DNA of 62,467 nt, the filler included, from Globobulimina sp. (Eukaryota): NCBI GenBank assembly GCA_003354225.1. It is 25 parts of 25 records of this genome, joined end to end, with 100 filler letters (N's around TTAATTAATTAA, not from the genome) between each part and the next. Parts side by side here need not be neighbours in the genome. Positions count along the whole stretch, not along the records: positions 45,061 to 47,461 come from PIVH01006889.1; positions 47,562 to 49,962 come from PIVH01006890.1; positions 50,063 to 52,463 come from PIVH01006891.1; positions 52,564 to 54,964 come from PIVH01006892.1; positions 55,065 to 57,465 come from PIVH01006893.1; 20 more parts are not named here. One strand, given 5' to 3'. A program made the translations under genes and the position numbers. The notes beneath the pieces were generated by a model. That model made no database searches, had not been told where the DNA came from, and saw only the letters and a program-made list of their open reading frames with translations. Of this stretch, positions 46,281 to 56,123 are shown piece after piece. Numbering within the stretch: position 1 is the first letter of the stretch; each line of letters starts with the position of its first letter.

Positions 46281-46340
46281 TTTGTTGTGACTGTCTCCTG
46301 GTCGATTACTCAGCAATTTAATTACGAAATAGTGGTTTCC

Positions 46341-46823
46341 ATGGATAATATGGCTTCTTCGATGCCCGATGTGGATGGTGATTTACCCGAAGCTTTTCTC
46401 AGTATAATATCCTTGCAATATGTTAAATGGAGAGTGTCATTAGAGGAATTCGATTTCGAAGACTGTCCCGAATTACCACAACTCGATCCCATCGACAATA
46501 TTTTGAGAGTTAAATGCATTGAAAAAGAATCGAGCAATGATGGGTTGATATTCGATATGATATCCGATTTGAACATTTCCCCCCAAACAGCTTTTCCGGA
46601 TTTTATGGACTTGATTAATAAAAGACTATTTGATAAAGGTGTGGATTGGGATAAAATTTATGTACTATTCGCTTTTTGTGGGAAAGTTTCGATCAATTGT
46701 TTGGATAAAGGCATACCTCAAGTAATCGGAAATGTTTGCGATTGGCTCGCCGTTTATATTAACTCTCGATTGACAGATTGGATAGAAAATAATGGCACAT
46801 GGACACATGTAATTGAAGAATAG
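46341..46823 (+). CDS. Bcl-2 family protein lacking a C-terminal TM anchor
   Basis: BH4-like IISLQYVKWRV; BH3-like ILRVKCIEKE; BH1 LFDKGVDWDKIYVLFAFCGKV; BH2 LTDWIENNGTW; linker DLNISPQTAFPDF resembles Bcl-xL QLHITPGTAYQSF. Confidence 0.88.
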   Translation: MDNMASSMPDVDGDLPEAFLSIISLQYVKWRVSLEEFDFEDCPELPQLDPIDNILRVKCIEKESSNDGLIFDMISDLNISPQTAFPDFMDLINKRLFDKGVDWDKIYVLFAFCGKVSINCLDKGIPQVIGNVCDWLAVYINSRLTDWIENNGTWTHVIEE

Positions 46824-46946
46824 TAATCAAATTGTATTTCCATCGATACATTTATGTAAATACTTGATATGTAAATACAATCAATTTTTAATATGTTACA
46901 GTATAAAGACAAACTTCACATAAATCATGTGCACATCATCACTATA

Positions 46947-47366
46947 TTAATCATCGATAAGGTCTAGTATTTCGTTCGATAAGGTACATACATGTTTATA
47001 AAATATGTCAAATTCGGTAATTTTAATGATTAACGTTTTCGTTATTTGACTTAGCCGTAATTCATAATGGGGGTATGGAGGTAGTTTGCGAAAATGTAAT
47101 CCTAAATATTCTTCCGGATATTCATATTTTCCAACCAAATCTTCAATGGTAGTTTCATTTCTTACTCTGTCCATACTATATTTCAATTGAACACTCCAAA
47201 GAATGGGTAGTCCAATTTCTTCTCCACCGTTCTGCACCACACTGAACCATTCAGATTCGTCCAGTTCTCTATTGGCTAAATTCGGAACAAAAATTTCAAT
47301 GTTATCTTCAAGGCATAAAAACACAGAGTCAGTCATTTTACCAAACAGTTTTTCGTCAAATACCAT
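46947..47366 (-). CDS. Orphan protein, 139 aa
   Basis: Intact ATG-to-stop ORF filling the remaining space of a gene-dense contig; no motif recognised. Confidence 0.6.
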   Translation of the reverse strand: MVFDEKLFGKMTDSVFLCLEDNIEIFVPNLANRELDESEWFSVVQNGGEEIGLPILWSVQLKYSMDRVRNETTIEDLVGKYEYPEEYLGLHFRKLPPYPHYELRLSQITKTLIIKITEFDIFYKHVCTLSNEILDLIDD

Positions 47367-47561
47367 AGAGATTAATGTAATATTGCGAAATGTGTGTGTG
47401 TGTGTGTGTGTGATTTGGGTTACTGTGACTGCTCTAGTTTGTAGAAATAAATTTTTTTAAANNNNNNNNNNNNNNNNNNNNNNNNNNNNNNNNNNNNNNN
47501 NNNNNTTAATTAATTAANNNNNNNNNNNNNNNNNNNNNNNNNNNNNNNNNNNNNNNNNNNN

Positions 47562-49673
47562 CGTCTGTGTTCTATAATGATAATATATCATTGCGATGGA
47601 CGCGTGAATGCAATTTAAAATTACGGACGCATTCAAAAGCAATATCAATTCCCGGTGCCTGTGCATTGATTATTATGTTTGACAAAGAATCCAAATTGCC
47701 GGCTTCAAATGGCACACAGCCAAATATATTGACCATATATAATGATGAAACCTGTCGATCCATATACAAACAATATAGCGGCGGTAAACTAGGCAAAGGC
47801 ATATTATTACCGACAATTATACCGTCCTTTGAATGTTGGATAAAATTAGAATCATTATATAAGCCAACACCAGATATTAAGTTTAATATTTTGCCAATAC
47901 ATTCCGATATTGGATTGTCATTTTGGATCATAAATTATTTGTTACAATCTGTACTCAGCAGAATCAATAATGACAAAGCAGACGCGACTGCTATTCCTGA
48001 ATCGATTGATATGTGTTTAAAATTATTAATATTATTATATCAATCATTTGATTTGCAACATATGCAACCATCGCCATTGAAACAATCGATTGTAAACTTA
48101 TGTTTTAATATATTATCGACCATATCTTTATTATTGAACAAATATAATACAAATACAATTCCACAACAAATTCAATTAATGATTGATCAGAAATTGCAAT
48201 TATTTAAAAATATGGAAACCGAAATTAATAACCTATTTAATCAGGAGATTGAATCTGGTGAAATTACCACATATTTTCAATTATTAATTGATTTTTCGGT
48301 GTTATGCGATAATTTGCGGTCAAAGGAAGAAAAAATTATAAAGGATTTTAATTTTAATGATGAAAAGAAAGATTGTGATAAAAAACAAGAAGAAAAAGAG
48401 GAAAAAAAAGAGGAAGACAGCAGCAATATTTGGTCGTGCGTTGTATGTACATTGGAAAATCCATTTGCAAACAGCGTATGTTCATTGTGTGCGAGTCCTA
48501 TGCCGCCGCAAAAAAACAAACAAATAATTGATGAAGGTGCCAATGCAAATAAATTAATATCACAATTTATTGGCTTGACTGATTCTATAAACTATTTAAA
48601 AGGTGCAAACGAGAAAAAATCCATATTATCACCAAATATTTCGGTTTGTGCCTTATATGAGAGGGCCTATAATTGTTTAAAAGAAGCCGTTAATCCAACA
48701 AAATCGTGGTTTTTTATTAAAAATGTACCTCCTGGAAATGATACGGATATTAAATTAATTTTAAAGAATTGTGTGGAAAATATTGAAGATGACATACGAT
48801 TAAATATAATAAATATATTTATTGGTCAAGATTTATCATTAAATGATGGAAAGTATCCATTAACCCATCGACGGAAACGAATAAGAAAAGAATTTAAGCC
48901 AACATTATCCGACACATCCGACAAAGAATTGGATGAGAATGGTATATTGTATAATATTGCCACATTTGATAAAACAAAAGAATATAAAAATCCAATGGAA
49001 TTGGGTCTAATTAAAGTGAGTGCCAAATCAATCCAATCCGATTCATTGCCAGTGCACCATGCCTGCGGTCGGGTGGCTGTGCGTTGTGTCAGTAAACGGG
49101 AAGCAAACTCGTGGTTCGAATTTGATTTAATAAATCGGAGTGTCTGTCCAACATATTATAAATTGCGACATTATAAATCATGGGACACGGAAGCATTAAG
49201 AAATTGGCTATTTCAAGGCAGCAATGATGGTAAAAAATGGATTACAATCATGGAACATAAAAATGATGATAAGCTAAAACAAAAAGCACAGATTGCGACC
49301 TGGAAGATACCTGAAAATGGTGTAAATGATAAAACATTTTATCGAAGATTTCGCATATTTATGACTGGCACCAATTCGAATGGGCAATATTATTTGGCAC
49401 TGTCTGGATTTGAATTATATGGCATTTTAGATTCATTACCAATAAAACCACCGGATCCGCAAAACACACATAAATTTGCAATGGTTGAAATATCAAATTC
49501 TTCGAATGAAGCTATAAATGCAATGTTAGGAATTACGGGAATGACTGTGACTGCGCCCGAGTACTGTTTAAAAGATTTTCTTCCAAAACCAAAACCAAAA
49601 CCTCTGCCACAGCCTCAAAATGATGATATTGAGTCATCTGCCGAACCACCTAATTTCTTTAACGATGATGACG

Positions 49674-49704
<31 letters not shown>

Positions 49705-49962
49705 GGAGGAGGACATAGTGAAGGGGAAGAATATAGATATGGATAAATATGCAGATGAAGATATAAATGATGCGTTGGATGATCCAATGCAATATGTTAT
49801 AGATCCAATTGTATCTCAACTGAGCATATCAAATTTTAATGAATTAAGTGATGACAATCCAATTAAAATTCAATATTTGACAAATAAATTTTTAAAAAGT
49901 TATGAAATTGAAAAAAGAAAACCAAGCCAACCAATACACGATGAAGATACTAAAGTTGACAA
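47562..49962 (+). CDS. Internal fragment of a very large protein with RanBP2-type zinc finger and HECTD1-like galactose-binding-fold domain (probable E3 ligase)
   Basis: WSCVVCTLENPFANSVCSLC; DENGILY.I...NP...SWFEFDL...PTYYKLRHY.SW..EALRNWLFQGSNDG..W...H.ND...YLALSGFELYG. Confidence 0.75.
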
Positions 49963-50062
49963 NNNNNNNNNNNNNNNNNNNNNNNNNNNNNNNNNNNNNN
50001 NNNNNNTTAATTAATTAANNNNNNNNNNNNNNNNNNNNNNNNNNNNNNNNNNNNNNNNNNNN

Positions 50063-50472
50063 ATATATTTACCTTCGACGATACAACAAATGAATGGACA
50101 CAGACAGCGAAATTAGTGGCCAGTGACGGAGCTTCAGGTGATAGGTTTGGTCGTTCTGTGTTTATTTATCAAAATACTGCAGTAATTGGGGCGTATTATG
50201 ATGATGACATGGGAGGAGACTCTGGTTCAGTATATTTGTTAAATATTAGAAACTTTGCGTCATGTCAGAGTGTATGGGATCAATCAACCGAGGAATTATC
50301 ATTAAACCGCAATTATACATATCTCATTCAAGGTGAAATGGAACAATGCAGTTTCACAGCATCACCAAGTTCAGCACCAACAAATAATCCAAGTTCATCA
50401 CCAACAAATAATCCAAGTTCAGCACCAAGCAACCCACAAATAATCCAAGTTTATCACCCACAAACAGCTTAA
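50063..50472 (+). CDS. FG-GAP repeat and PT-repeat surface protein fragment
   Basis: WTQTAKLVASDGASGDRFGRSV....TAVIGAYYDDD.G.DSGSVY; PSSAPTNNPSS repeats. Confidence 0.75.
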
Positions 50473-50530
50473 ATTATTTTTGTTTTTTTGTTATTTATAT
50501 TCATTTATTAGTATATTCATTTATTAGTAT

Positions 50531-51505
50531 ATGTGTCCAATGTCCGTGGTTGCGAATGGAATCAAAGGCTTTGAGGAAGTGTGTAAAACGGGATTGCCTC
50601 AATTCAGTGCGGCGCATAAATCTAAGAATGAAGAGTCGGAAGAGAAGGACTGTTATAAATTGTCGTCTGTGGAATCATTGCGAGTGTGGTCGGCATTGGG
50701 CGATGTCGTATCCGTTGCTTTTCGATTACAGCATGACAGCAAAAAAAAAGCAGTATCATCATCGTATAGTTATAATTTAGATAATTACAACAAAATAGAT
50801 GACAAAAATGTGAATTCCAATAAAACATTGCAACAGTTGGTCGATTTGAAATTGTCCATATTAGAAACCACGATGCAGTATATTTTGCCGTATGGACATT
50901 TTGCACCGCAGACATTGAAAAAGCGCATTGTTTTGTTATTGGCGGGAAACTGTTGGAGCGATAACAATAATTTAAGCTCGATGTCAATACAAAGACATGC
51001 GCGTTTGGGGCAAGCTTGCATCTCTGCACTGTTCTCGCTGTGTGGTGACACATTGTTAGATAAAAAGCAACAAAAATATGACATTTCGCTATCTGCCATG
51101 TCATATCAGCTGTTAATACCCAAAATTGCATTTATTTTAGACCAATATATTGACGATGAAATGAGTTTAATTTCAAGTCAAAGACCATTACCTATTTATA
51201 GACAGAAGCATATTGTGCATATCTTGAATTTGTTACAGAAACTAAAAATACATCCTGATTTAGATAAAATTGATTCATATTTCCATCTTCCAAATAAAAG
51301 TAATACACTCTGCAAATCGCAGTTATATTATTCTGATATGTTATTAATTAGCGGGCAAACTAAGAATCGCGCGCATTTGTTTCGACTTTATCCGGTTTTA
51401 TGTAAATTAATTCGTGTTAAAGATGACGAAATTAAAAATTGTTTATGTGACGTATTTAAAACATTTGGACATGAAATGGGATTAAATAACACTAACAATA
51501 CATAA
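50531..51505 (+). CDS. MON2: MON2-like protein, C-terminal region
   Basis: ACISALFSLC...ILDQYIDDE...PLP.YRQ..I..IL..L...HLFRLYPVLCKLI...EIKNCL resembles the Mon2 C-terminus. Confidence 0.6.
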   Translation: MCPMSVVANGIKGFEEVCKTGLPQFSAAHKSKNEESEEKDCYKLSSVESLRVWSALGDVVSVAFRLQHDSKKKAVSSSYSYNLDNYNKIDDKNVNSNKTLQQLVDLKLSILETTMQYILPYGHFAPQTLKKRIVLLLAGNCWSDNNNLSSMSIQRHARLGQACISALFSLCGDTLLDKKQQKYDISLSAMSYQLLIPKIAFILDQYIDDEMSLISSQRPLPIYRQKHIVHILNLLQKLKIHPDLDKIDSYFHLPNKSNTLCKSQLYYSDMLLISGQTKNRAHLFRLYPVLCKLIRVKDDEIKNCLCDVFKTFGHEMGLNNTNNT

Positions 51506-51797
51506 TATATTCTTTTTTTTATAGCTTCCATTGTTTGTATCCATCCATCCATTTATTGTTCACTTTCCATCAATCAATGATTTTTTATCTAAACCAAAAA
51601 CGACACATAGCAGCCAGACCAAAAACGTCACATTAGTTGAAAATATGGGACGTCTCACTTTTTGTATATATGTTTTTTGTGTGCTGCTAAACCTTGTGTT
51701 TTTTGTTAAATTTATCTCTAATCCAAAAACCAAAAACCAAAAACCTTTTACCTTAAACACTTCTTCTTCTTCTTCTTCTTAAACTACATTAAATAAA

Positions 51798-52088
51798 ATG
51801 ATGATGACCCGATTTTGTTTAATAACATTAGCATTATTTGCCATCTTCCTATCAACAAATGAAGGCAGTGAGCAGATTTGCGATAAAATATATCTCCACG
51901 AAAAGATGCATGCAGAGAAACATCATCATGTGGATTATTCAGAAGGTGGTAAAAATTGGGATAAATCCATTTACGGAGGAATCTGTGAATTACATGCGTT
52001 GGAGGCACCGGATCAGTCGCCAATAGATATTAAAACCGAGTCTCCGATAACTACTGATTTTTTTGAAAACTTTTCTAACAGCTCTTAA
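51798..52088 (+). CDS. Secreted alpha-carbonic anhydrase, N-terminal fragment only
   Basis: Signal peptide; DYSEGGKNW.....C......QSPIDI. Zinc-binding His region not present. Confidence 0.6.
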   Translation: MMMTRFCLITLALFAIFLSTNEGSEQICDKIYLHEKMHAEKHHHVDYSEGGKNWDKSIYGGICELHALEAPDQSPIDIKTESPITTDFFENFSNSS

Positions 52089-52563
52089 ATTTTCAATCAG
52101 TTCGATAAGTCCTTAAATTTTCAATTTTACAAAAGACAGTGAATTCCTTTTAAAACGTGTCCAAAAAACAAAAATATATTCTTGCTCTTTCACACTCCAC
52201 AAAAATCCAATATATCAGCCATTATTTTCCTTTTATATTCCTGTTGAAGTTGTTTAAGTTTTGTATTAAGCTCATTTTGTATTAATTTCTGTTAACTGAT
52301 TTGTTTTGTTAACATTTTCTTGATTCATATACATTCCAATTCTCCATTAGGTTTGCTTAGTTTAATTTTGTTCCACCAATTGGGTTTAATTTTTATCTTT
52401 TGTTACGTATTCATATCAAAATCGACGCACTGATTTTATGGATTGAGTTGTTGCGAATTTGCGNNNNNNNNNNNNNNNNNNNNNNNNNNNNNNNNNNNNN
52501 NNNNNNNTTAATTAATTAANNNNNNNNNNNNNNNNNNNNNNNNNNNNNNNNNNNNNNNNNNNN

Positions 52564-52734
52564 TGTGGAGAGACAAAGAGTTGTGACATTGGACTGGAAT
52601 CCACTGTGATTAAAATGGATGAAATGAATAACCGACTCATCATATTGCGGCCCGGCGGCATCACAAAGGATATGATGCGTTGTGTGGTGGGAAAGTATGG
52701 CGTTGACATTAAATATGCAAAGGAGCTAAAATAG
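52564..52734 (+). CDS. SUA5: Sua5/YrdC threonylcarbamoyl-AMP synthase, fragment (not in ORF track)
   Basis: SCDIGLESTVIKMD...LIILRPGGITKDMM matches the Sua5 C..G.EST(V/I)...ILRPG.IT motif. Confidence 0.75.
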   Translation, partial: CGETKSCDIGLESTVIKMDEMNNRLIILRPGGITKDMMRCVVGKYGVDIKYAKELK

Positions 52735-53302
52735 CAAAATAGTATGATTTATCAGAATTAATGTTAGATTTTCCAACATATTCTCCATCTCTGTAAAATA
52801 TTATTGTTTTACGTTGATAATCTAGTTTTAGTGTAATCTTTTGATTCCCATTCCATTTCTTTCTAAATCCATTGATATGAAAAAACAGTTTATCCTTCTC
52901 TTTGTTGCGCAAAATATGTGAACGAGTGTCACGTTCTAACCAATGTGAATAACTCTGATTTTCCCAATTTCCCTTTTCTGCAATTATTCCAATGCTACGA
53001 TAACAATCAACAGAGTGCACATTTTGAACAGTCCAATAATAAATATGTGAACCATCATTGACTAATAGTTTGGTAAAGGCAGCATACGCAGAACAACCAC
53101 CAGCTTTACTGCCACGTAATTCTGTATTATTATTTAATATTTTCAAGCTTGGATGACAACAATCAAACTCGATAAGTTCAATAAAATAAAATGTGAAAAT
53201 GATGCCGTTAATCGCTTTGTCCATATTCATCCAAAATGTGTATAGTTTTTCAGCAGAATGAACATAAGCAGCAATAAGGTTTGTTGTGTGATTTGGATCC
53301 AT
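52709..53302 (-). CDS. SPRY/B30.2-like domain protein
   Basis: IYYWTV...RSIGII...W...QKITLKLDY..KTIIFYRDG..VG......YYFAI; likely start MDPNHTT at 53302. Confidence 0.65.
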   Translation of the reverse strand: MDPNHTTNLIAAYVHSAEKLYTFWMNMDKAINGIIFTFYFIELIEFDCCHPSLKILNNNTELRGSKAGGCSAYAAFTKLLVNDGSHIYYWTVQNVHSVDCYRSIGIIAEKGNWENQSYSHWLERDTRSHILRNKEKDKLFFHINGFRKKWNGNQKITLKLDYQRKTIIFYRDGEYVGKSNINSDKSYYFAILAPLHI

Positions 53303-53372
53303 GATTAAGTTGTAACAAAATATAAAAAACACGTACTTTGAACTAGCACAGTTCGTTTTCATTTGCGCATTC

Positions 53373-54629
53373 ATGGACATTGACGAAGAGAAGCGGAATA
53401 TCATTCATTTTAGCAGGTACCCTGCGTTACAATTTGAGGTTTGGTCAGAATGTAATATATCCGATGCGCGACGATCACGCGTTGTCTTACCTCATGGTCC
53501 AGTCGATACTCCTGTATTTATGCCTGTTGGTACACAAGGTACATTGAAAGGATTATTGGCAACGGAGGTTTCTGATGACATTGGATGTCAAATAATGTTG
53601 TCCAACACGTATCATTTAGCATTACGACCAACAACTGCAATTATTGAGAAATTAGGAGGAATTCATAAATTTATGAATACAAAATGTAACATTCTAACCG
53701 ACAGTGGAGGTTTTCAGATGGTATCTTTGTTGGAATTGGCGGAATTCAGTGAAGATGGCGTTAAATTTCAATCGCCTGTGGATGGAACAGAAATGTTATT
53801 GACGCCTGAAAAATGTATGAGATTACAAAATGAGATCGGATCCGATATTATGATGGCTTTGGATGATGTTGTTCCCGTTACGTGTAATGATAAAAAGCGT
53901 TTCCAACAAGCGACATATCGCACATTACGATGGCTGGATCGATGCATCTCTGCGCACAAAAACACTGAGAAACAGAATTTGTTTGGAATAGTGCAAGGTG
54001 GCTTGGATATAAATTTGCGGAAACATTGTTTGACAGAAATGATAAAACAATTTGATGACAAATTACCAGGCTATGCCATCGGTGGATTATCTGGTGGTGA
54101 ATCAAAGGATGCTTTTTGGAGAACGGTACTTTTGTGCACTAAATATTTGCCTAAGAACAAGCCACGTTATTGTATGGGTGTTGGCTATCCATTGGATTTA
54201 GTTGTTTGTGTCTCATTAGGTGTTGATATGTTTGATTGTGTCTATCCATGTCGGACTGCCAGATTTGGCACGGCTTTGAACGACAGCGGCGAATTACAAT
54301 TAAAAAAGAAGCAATTTAAATATGATTATAATGTAATTGATAAAAATTGTAAATGCTCAACATGCCAAAATATTAATGGCAATGGAGGATATAGTCGAGC
54401 TTATTTGCATCAAATTGTTGGGAATAAAAATTCAAATGCAGCACAATTGGTTACTACTCATAATATTACATATTTGGGTGAGTTAATGAAGAGAATGAGA
54501 AATGCAATTGTTGATAATAAGTTTGATGGCTTTGTAAAAGAGTTTATGAGTGGCATGTTTAAGGAAGGAATTGAAAGCTATCCCAAATGGGCAATGGACG
54601 CTTTTACTAGTGTTGGAATTAAGTGTTAA
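53373..54629 (+). CDS. QTRT1: Queuine tRNA-ribosyltransferase catalytic subunit (eukaryotic TGT), intronless
   Basis: TPVFMPVGTQG, NTYHL, LTDSGGFQMVSL, DDVV, GIVQGG, GGLSGGE, YCMGVG, DMFDCVYP.RTARFG, CKCSTC and HN zinc ligands. Confidence 0.96.
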   Translation: MDIDEEKRNIIHFSRYPALQFEVWSECNISDARRSRVVLPHGPVDTPVFMPVGTQGTLKGLLATEVSDDIGCQIMLSNTYHLALRPTTAIIEKLGGIHKFMNTKCNILTDSGGFQMVSLLELAEFSEDGVKFQSPVDGTEMLLTPEKCMRLQNEIGSDIMMALDDVVPVTCNDKKRFQQATYRTLRWLDRCISAHKNTEKQNLFGIVQGGLDINLRKHCLTEMIKQFDDKLPGYAIGGLSGGESKDAFWRTVLLCTKYLPKNKPRYCMGVGYPLDLVVCVSLGVDMFDCVYPCRTARFGTALNDSGELQLKKKQFKYDYNVIDKNCKCSTCQNINGNGGYSRAYLHQIVGNKNSNAAQLVTTHNITYLGELMKRMRNAIVDNKFDGFVKEFMSGMFKEGIESYPKWAMDAFTSVGIKC

Positions 54630-54647
54630 AAGTTTTCCACTTTAACA

Positions 54648-54871
54648 TGATGTCGCGCCAAACTAACAACAAAGGAAGGCAAAACTCTCAACGTGTCACC
54701 TATATTGTAAGTGGAGCCTTCATTTGTTCCATTCTGGGATATTACTGTTATTCACAATTCACACAATCATCAAAAAGCAACAACTCTGATCATAAACAAT
54801 TCAAACCAATGTCAAAGACACTGCCAAAACCACCAAACAACTCTCACAAAATAATAGTTAAAATTAAATAA
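54648..54871 (+). CDS. Small single-TM protein or first exon
   Basis: MMSRQ...VTYIVSGAFICSILGYYCY; begins about 20 nt after the QTRT1 stop. Confidence 0.4.
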
Positions 54872-55064
54872 AATTCCACAGATTTTTCGAATGTATTTTA
54901 ATTTCCTCAATAAAATATTGACAAAAAACGCAGCACACTAAAATCTGGAAGATCAGGTCCAATANNNNNNNNNNNNNNNNNNNNNNNNNNNNNNNNNNNN
55001 NNNNNNNNTTAATTAATTAANNNNNNNNNNNNNNNNNNNNNNNNNNNNNNNNNNNNNNNNNNNN

Positions 55065-55300
55065 GGACTTCTTCTTTTCTTTCTTCTCTAGAACGTCCTC
55101 TTGGAGAGTGTCCTACCAAGAGTTGGTAGAGGATATTACCGAGAGAGTATATATCTGACTTGCCGGCGAACGGATGCCCAGCGAAGAGTTCGGGGGCGAT
55201 GTATCCGTCAGTACCACCAAGTCTGCGCGTTATCGGCCCACTTTCTGGAGAAGGCAACTGAGCAAGACCAAAGTCAGCTGGAATACTTCGTAGTTCTTTG
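55065..55300 (-). CDS. Ser/Thr kinase fragment (DFG to subdomain IX)
   Basis: ADFGLAQ...GGTDGYIAPE...KSDIYSLGNILYQLLVG.SP; no HRD or N-lobe upstream. Confidence 0.8.
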
Positions 55301-56086
55301 TCAAAGTCAAAATCAAAATCTACACTAACTAAAAATGGCTCTCAAACATCAAGGGCCCGCATCATACCATGGGTGCCAAGAAAGAGACATCCACGAATTG
55401 ACGATGGCATACGACTGAGATACCCAGAATGGCGAATAACAGCGCGTGGTGACGATGTTTACGGACTTATGAAGAGGTCACCAGGACCAATATATATACC
55501 CAAAGATACATTTGTTTTGCCGCAACAACCAAAGTGGACACTAGGACGACTGATAGATGACTCTTTAAAAAATAAAAAGTCGCCGGGACCAATATATAAT
55601 CCGAAGTACACGTACACTCACTACGACGCACCGAAGTTTTCAATGATTAAACGACGACCAGAAAGAACATTTGCTCACACCACACCTGCTCCAAATCAAT
55701 ACGACCCAACGAAGTCAAAATATTACAAATCATCGCGACAGTATACATTGAAAGGTAGGATTACAAAAAGAACAGATACCTTATCAGATACACCAGGCCC
55801 ATCAGCGTATGATGTGTCTAAATCAGTGCGTAAACATTCCATTCCTTCAACTAAAATTTCTTCCCGATTGCCGGATATGACTCAAAAATATCTAAACTCC
55901 GTACCAGGACCAGCTGCATATATACCGCAGTATGACAAGACATTGCATCGCTCCTCTAAATGGACGATGGGTTCACGAAATAAAATTATTGATTCAAGAT
56001 GTGATAATCCTGGACCTGGTTACTATGGGCCATCATTGGTTCCTCCGTACAAAAGAAAGAAGAAAAAAAGAAAGTCAAAGCGATAG
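55298..56086 (+). CDS. SHIPPO/PGP-repeat (ODF3/STPG-like) axonemal protein, start missing
   Basis: Six (S/T/V/N)P(G/A)P..Y repeats: SPGPIY, SPGPIY, TPAPNQY, TPGPSAY, VPGPAAY, NPGPGYY. Confidence 0.85.
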   Translation: MSKSKSKSTLTKNGSQTSRARIIPWVPRKRHPRIDDGIRLRYPEWRITARGDDVYGLMKRSPGPIYIPKDTFVLPQQPKWTLGRLIDDSLKNKKSPGPIYNPKYTYTHYDAPKFSMIKRRPERTFAHTTPAPNQYDPTKSKYYKSSRQYTLKGRITKRTDTLSDTPGPSAYDVSKSVRKHSIPSTKISSRLPDMTQKYLNSVPGPAAYIPQYDKTLHRSSKWTMGSRNKIIDSRCDNPGPGYYGPSLVPPYKRKKKKRKSKR

Positions 56087-56123
56087 GATTTTGTTTGACA
56101 TTTTAATTTTTCTTTTTTCTTGT

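Noticed and set aside
52190-52463. Minus-strand frame that reads plausibly if TAA encoded Gln (ciliate-type code)
   Set aside because: Also contains an internal TGA, is short, and other genes in the window use TAA and TAG as stops; introns or decay explain it equally well.
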